Shown piece after piece: positions 60,264-64,000 of a stretch of DNA of 64,000 nucleotides. Source of the stretch: Eremomyces bilateralis CBS 781.70 (Eukaryota). Location: NCBI GenBank assembly GCA_010015585.1, contig ML975158.1, one strand, 5' to 3'. Both the position numbers and the translations under genes were made by a program. The notes beneath the pieces were generated by a model. The model saw only the letters and a list, made by a program, of their open reading frames with translations, was not told where the DNA came from and searched no databases. Within the stretch, counting starts at the first letter, position 1, and each line of letters begins with the position of its first letter.

Positions 60264-61890
60264 CCACCCAACAAGGCCTATGATTACATTGATTGAAGAA
60301 CATTTACCGGATTCGCTAAATCCAAAGGCTGGGCTGTGGGAGTCGCCTTCATCATGGGCTGCATCGTATTCGAACCGGACGAAGCGATGTCTGCCGGAGA
60401 TGGCCATAACGGCGGCTTCTGACAGTGATTGATGGCTGTCTACGAGAGACAGTATCTATTCTCGACTACTAGCAGGCAAGGAGAACCCGACAGGTGAATC
60501 GGTCCAAAAGGAATTGCTTGTATAGCTAAAGGATTTGCTAGGATGTGGGTCCGCTGGTATTCAAATACGATACAACGAAATTGATGACCAAGTGATCTTG
60601 ACGCACATCTCCGGCCAACGTAACGCGGCCGGATGTTTGATCCGCCTAACTAGTAGGAAAATAATAGACATTTTGGCCTCGGATATGGTGGCCTTTGGTA
60701 GTAAATAGTTAAACATTTTCGAGCCCTTGGGGAACCCTCCCGGTCTCAGGACCACCGATTTCGTCTATCCTAGATGGGATTAATACTGGTTCCCCTGTTC
60801 CGCCCATCTGCCGACTGCCAACGTCACATAAATGTTACAAATTCAATAATCACCAGTTTTCCGCTCAGAACCGCTGCAATGCCCTATGAAACAATCTGAA
60901 GTCGGAGATGACTTATGGACACGACTCGGCTGTGCTTGGAAAAATTGATGGATGATCTTCTGACTTCGTTCTACCACCACTCCCCTCCATAGCTATATCA
61001 GTCGTAATATGTGGCGGAACGAGTAGGGCACCATAATTCATCGAAAATCTGCAAATGCACCAATAAAACACGAAACAGTTAGGGGACGAGCATACTCCAG
61101 ATCCCAAACCGATCCCAAGCATTCAAAGAAAAGCGAGGCAGTGCTTATGCGGCCTTGGCTGCAATTAGCAGGGTCTGTGATGGAGCGGAGGACGCGGACT
61201 GCCGCTGAACTTCATCATCAAGATTCCGCCAAGATCCAGCCAAGGACACAAATATAGTTATACATATTAGCAGCACCTATTCTGACGAATCCAGGCGGGT
61301 CTAGGACCGCCTGACAATAATAACAAGTAATTTTTGGTTAGCTGATCGACAATAGATATTGTTGCTTGGCGTTTCAATCGCTCCAGGGAGTCTTGGCGTC
61401 GTCGGAAGTTTAGACTCGATATTAATGACTTTAATCTATCCCCATCTCCGCTTCTCCCACAAGAACATTTTATCCCTGATCGGAATCATGAATATGACAA
61501 CACGCGAGCGAGGTAGCATCTCGGACAACCCAGTTCAATTTGAAAAAAATCGGTCCCCACCAATCAGATAAGAGACAGGACACTCCACAGCAATCAATGT
61601 GTAGTCACCTGCGGAGAGGTGCGAGAATGAGCACCCCGAGGCTTGATCAAGCAATCAAAAACTATCCAAAGGCTCCGATCGGTATACTTGGCAGAAGGAT
61701 TTTATATGGCATTTGAGTGTGAGCACATGGTCTTGGGACTGGGGAAAGGGGGACGGTGGTCAAGACCTCGCCAGTATATAACAACTAGAGCCATACTCAC
61801 TTATTGACCCTTCTGTTGCTGCTCCCTTTCATTTCTAATCAGGCTGAAGGTGTTATCATCGCATTGCTGAAGTCGTTCCTTTACCCAGCC

Positions 61891-63165
61891 ATGAAGTTCA
61901 TAAATCTCCTTTCTGCTGTGGCAGCCTCCGCCAGTCTTGCCAGTGCCCAAAAAGCCGTCGCAGACACTGAAATCCCCGCGGGAGCGCGCATTGAGCCTAG
62001 ATTGGAGACTCAAGAGTAAGCCTTTTTGCCATTGGCTAGATAAGAGTGATATACTGACTGATACGACAGGATCATCGATGGCGCCCAACGGACGACCATA
62101 AACTATGGCCCGTACCAGATCCCTCCGAATGGCATGCTATCTAAGCCTACGCTCAGGGCCGAGACTCCTTGCAAGGATTGTTTCGTCACTGCTATCCAAG
62201 CCAATATCCTGTACCTAGATGGCAAAGTTGCCAACGTCAACACAGGGGCGTGGCTGCACCACATGGTATTTTCGACACATCCAGCGACCCCTTCGGCAAC
62301 AGACAGTATTAATACGTTGGTTAGGTAATAACCTCCGGAATTTCGCCGATTTTCGCCTCTGGTAACGAGCGAACTCCTCTTCGTGTGAACGGGAAATATA
62401 AATATGGTATCGAGTTGGATGCCAGGTCCAGCTTCATGTTTATCACCGATCTCATGAGCCTGAGCTCCGAAACCCAGACAGTCAATATGGCTATCACCTA
62501 TGAATGGATTCCCAAAGCCCGGGCTACAGGCTACAGGGACGTCTACATGGTACGTAATGAGTTGGTCGGGGGGGCACCCCTGACCCCTTACCCCGACTGA
62601 GAAAATGTGCTAACGCCTGACAGAAATGGAACGACGTTGGTCAACCGAACGCCAGAGAAGGACAATACAGCTTCAAGTCAAGAGAATCCGCAGTCACCGT
62701 GTCCGGTAAGTGTCATGTCCAACGTATATTTTTGATTATAATTTGCTAAACACAAGACTAGGACGTCTTCTTTACACCAATGGTCATGTGCATGACGGTG
62801 GCACGCACACGATTCTTTACGTCGATGGCAAGGAGGCGTGCAAATCCGTAATGTTGTACGGCCGCCGCCCCGGGTTCTCGGAGGCTGGTTCTGAAGGTGC
62901 TGGAGCAACCGAGACCCCCGCCGCGGGCCATGATGCTGGTGCTCACGAACACCGTCGCGATCTCGTCGCTCGCCAAGGCCATGGTGGGCATGCCGGTTCA
63001 CTTCATATCTCCGATTCCTCGACCTGCGTTGACTTCGGCGATGTCCGCTCGGGGCAGAAAATGCACGTCGAAGCGTTCTATGATTCAGATAAATACCCGT
63101 TGATGGAGCACAACGGCGAGAAGGAGAAGCTGATGGGAATCATGCGTGTATATGTTGGCAGCTGA
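61891..63165 (+). CDS. Secreted His-motif protein of unknown function (5 exons)
   Basis: Signal peptide MKFINLLSAVAASASLASA; PCKDCFVT, GAWLHHM, FASGNER, GHVHDGG, HISD..C, LMGIM; four GT..AG introns keep frame. Confidence 0.8.
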
Positions 63166-63328
63166 GTGTGATCTGCTTGGTTCGGTTGTATATCGTTGGA
63201 CGCATGCCTTCACATTCATTCCCGAGGCTGCCTATCTATTCTTATGTAGATATTTGATCCAAAGAGACTGCATCTTGCCTCCTCAAGAAACTCGATGAAT
63301 CCTTTGTGTAACTGTCAAAGCATACTCA

Positions 63329-64000
63329 TTAGTAGTACACGTTTGCCGAGGTGCTCGTGGCCTGGGAGCCCAGGAAAGCCCCCGGAGGAGCAGGGTGTTC
63401 TTCATCGTCAGAGTCACTCTCGCCTTGCTTGGTATCATCATGATGGCCAGGAGGGGCTCGCATCCGGAATACGATATCCTCTTCGGGGTTTGGGGCTTTG
63501 AAGGGCTTTGGGGTATGGTACTCTCTCCCCGATGGTATTGTTGATAGCAAAGGATCATACGGGGGGATAACCTGAACATTAACCTTTGGTGGATCAGCAC
63601 ATGACTGGCGGGTAACAGGGTAAGCGTGGACTTACGGTATCGTTCATCTTTGCCCACTTCTTCTCCAGCTTGTCCACGATCCGTGCTTCCTCAAATCGAC
63701 CCGCATCGGTGCCCCAGTCAACACCCCTCTTAATCTTCTTATCCTCTCTCTTCTCTGCCCAGTCTTTCCTAAACCTCGAAAATCCTTTTAGCTTGCCATC
63801 GTCCTCACTCGTGCTCGCTCCAAAACCGAGTTCCGCCTTCGCTCCCCTTAACCAGGCAATGCCCTCGCCCGTTCTCTCCGCTAATTCGGCATCGATTCCT
63901 AAGAATCGGCACGCTTTACCCCTCGCGGTCCGCCTCAAATCGTCGGAATACGCCAATAAGTCCTCGTCTACTTTGCCCGATGAGCCGAACAGGGCCCGCG
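63329..64000 (-). CDS. palC: pH-response regulator PalC (BRO1-like), 3' part
   Basis: ARGKACRFLGIDAE...TGEGIAWL, WG.DAGR.EE.R, W.KMNDT|VNVQ.IP..PSGRE, C-terminal YY. Confidence 0.88.

Overview
Intron-containing filamentous ascomycete (Pezizomycotina, probably Dothideomycete-like) chromosomal DNA. It is mostly housekeeping genes: YAH1 5' end, VMA1, VPS1, CDC8, POT1, WBP2-like, NCS6, ADE6, complex I NDUFS6, UPF0047, MET12-like MTHFR, an F-box protein, NRP1-like RNA-binding protein, AIG2-like, PQ-loop ANY1-like, 5'-nucleotidase, CCDC124/LSO2, tRNA-Gly(GCC), SLX9, SnaD-like, LCL2, Clr2 and the palC 3' end. A DNA-transposon-rich stretch (7.8-22.5 kb) holds a hAT MITE with a perfect 8-bp TSD, a TA-flanked foldback MITE, an intact Fot1/pogo element with 50-bp TIRs, an orphan related Fot1 end and a decayed hAT element. 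Items the ORF track misses or splits: a 3-exon 25-aa metallothionein gene, a secreted-protein ORF split by one in-frame TAG, a frameshifted GFA gene, a gene that needs a rare GAG splice acceptor, and a recurrent C-rich 5' to G-rich 3' switch within genes. I found no multi-gene novel system I can support; the best leads are single-locus observations. Exon boundaries were read by eye and family calls come from remembered motifs, not database searches.
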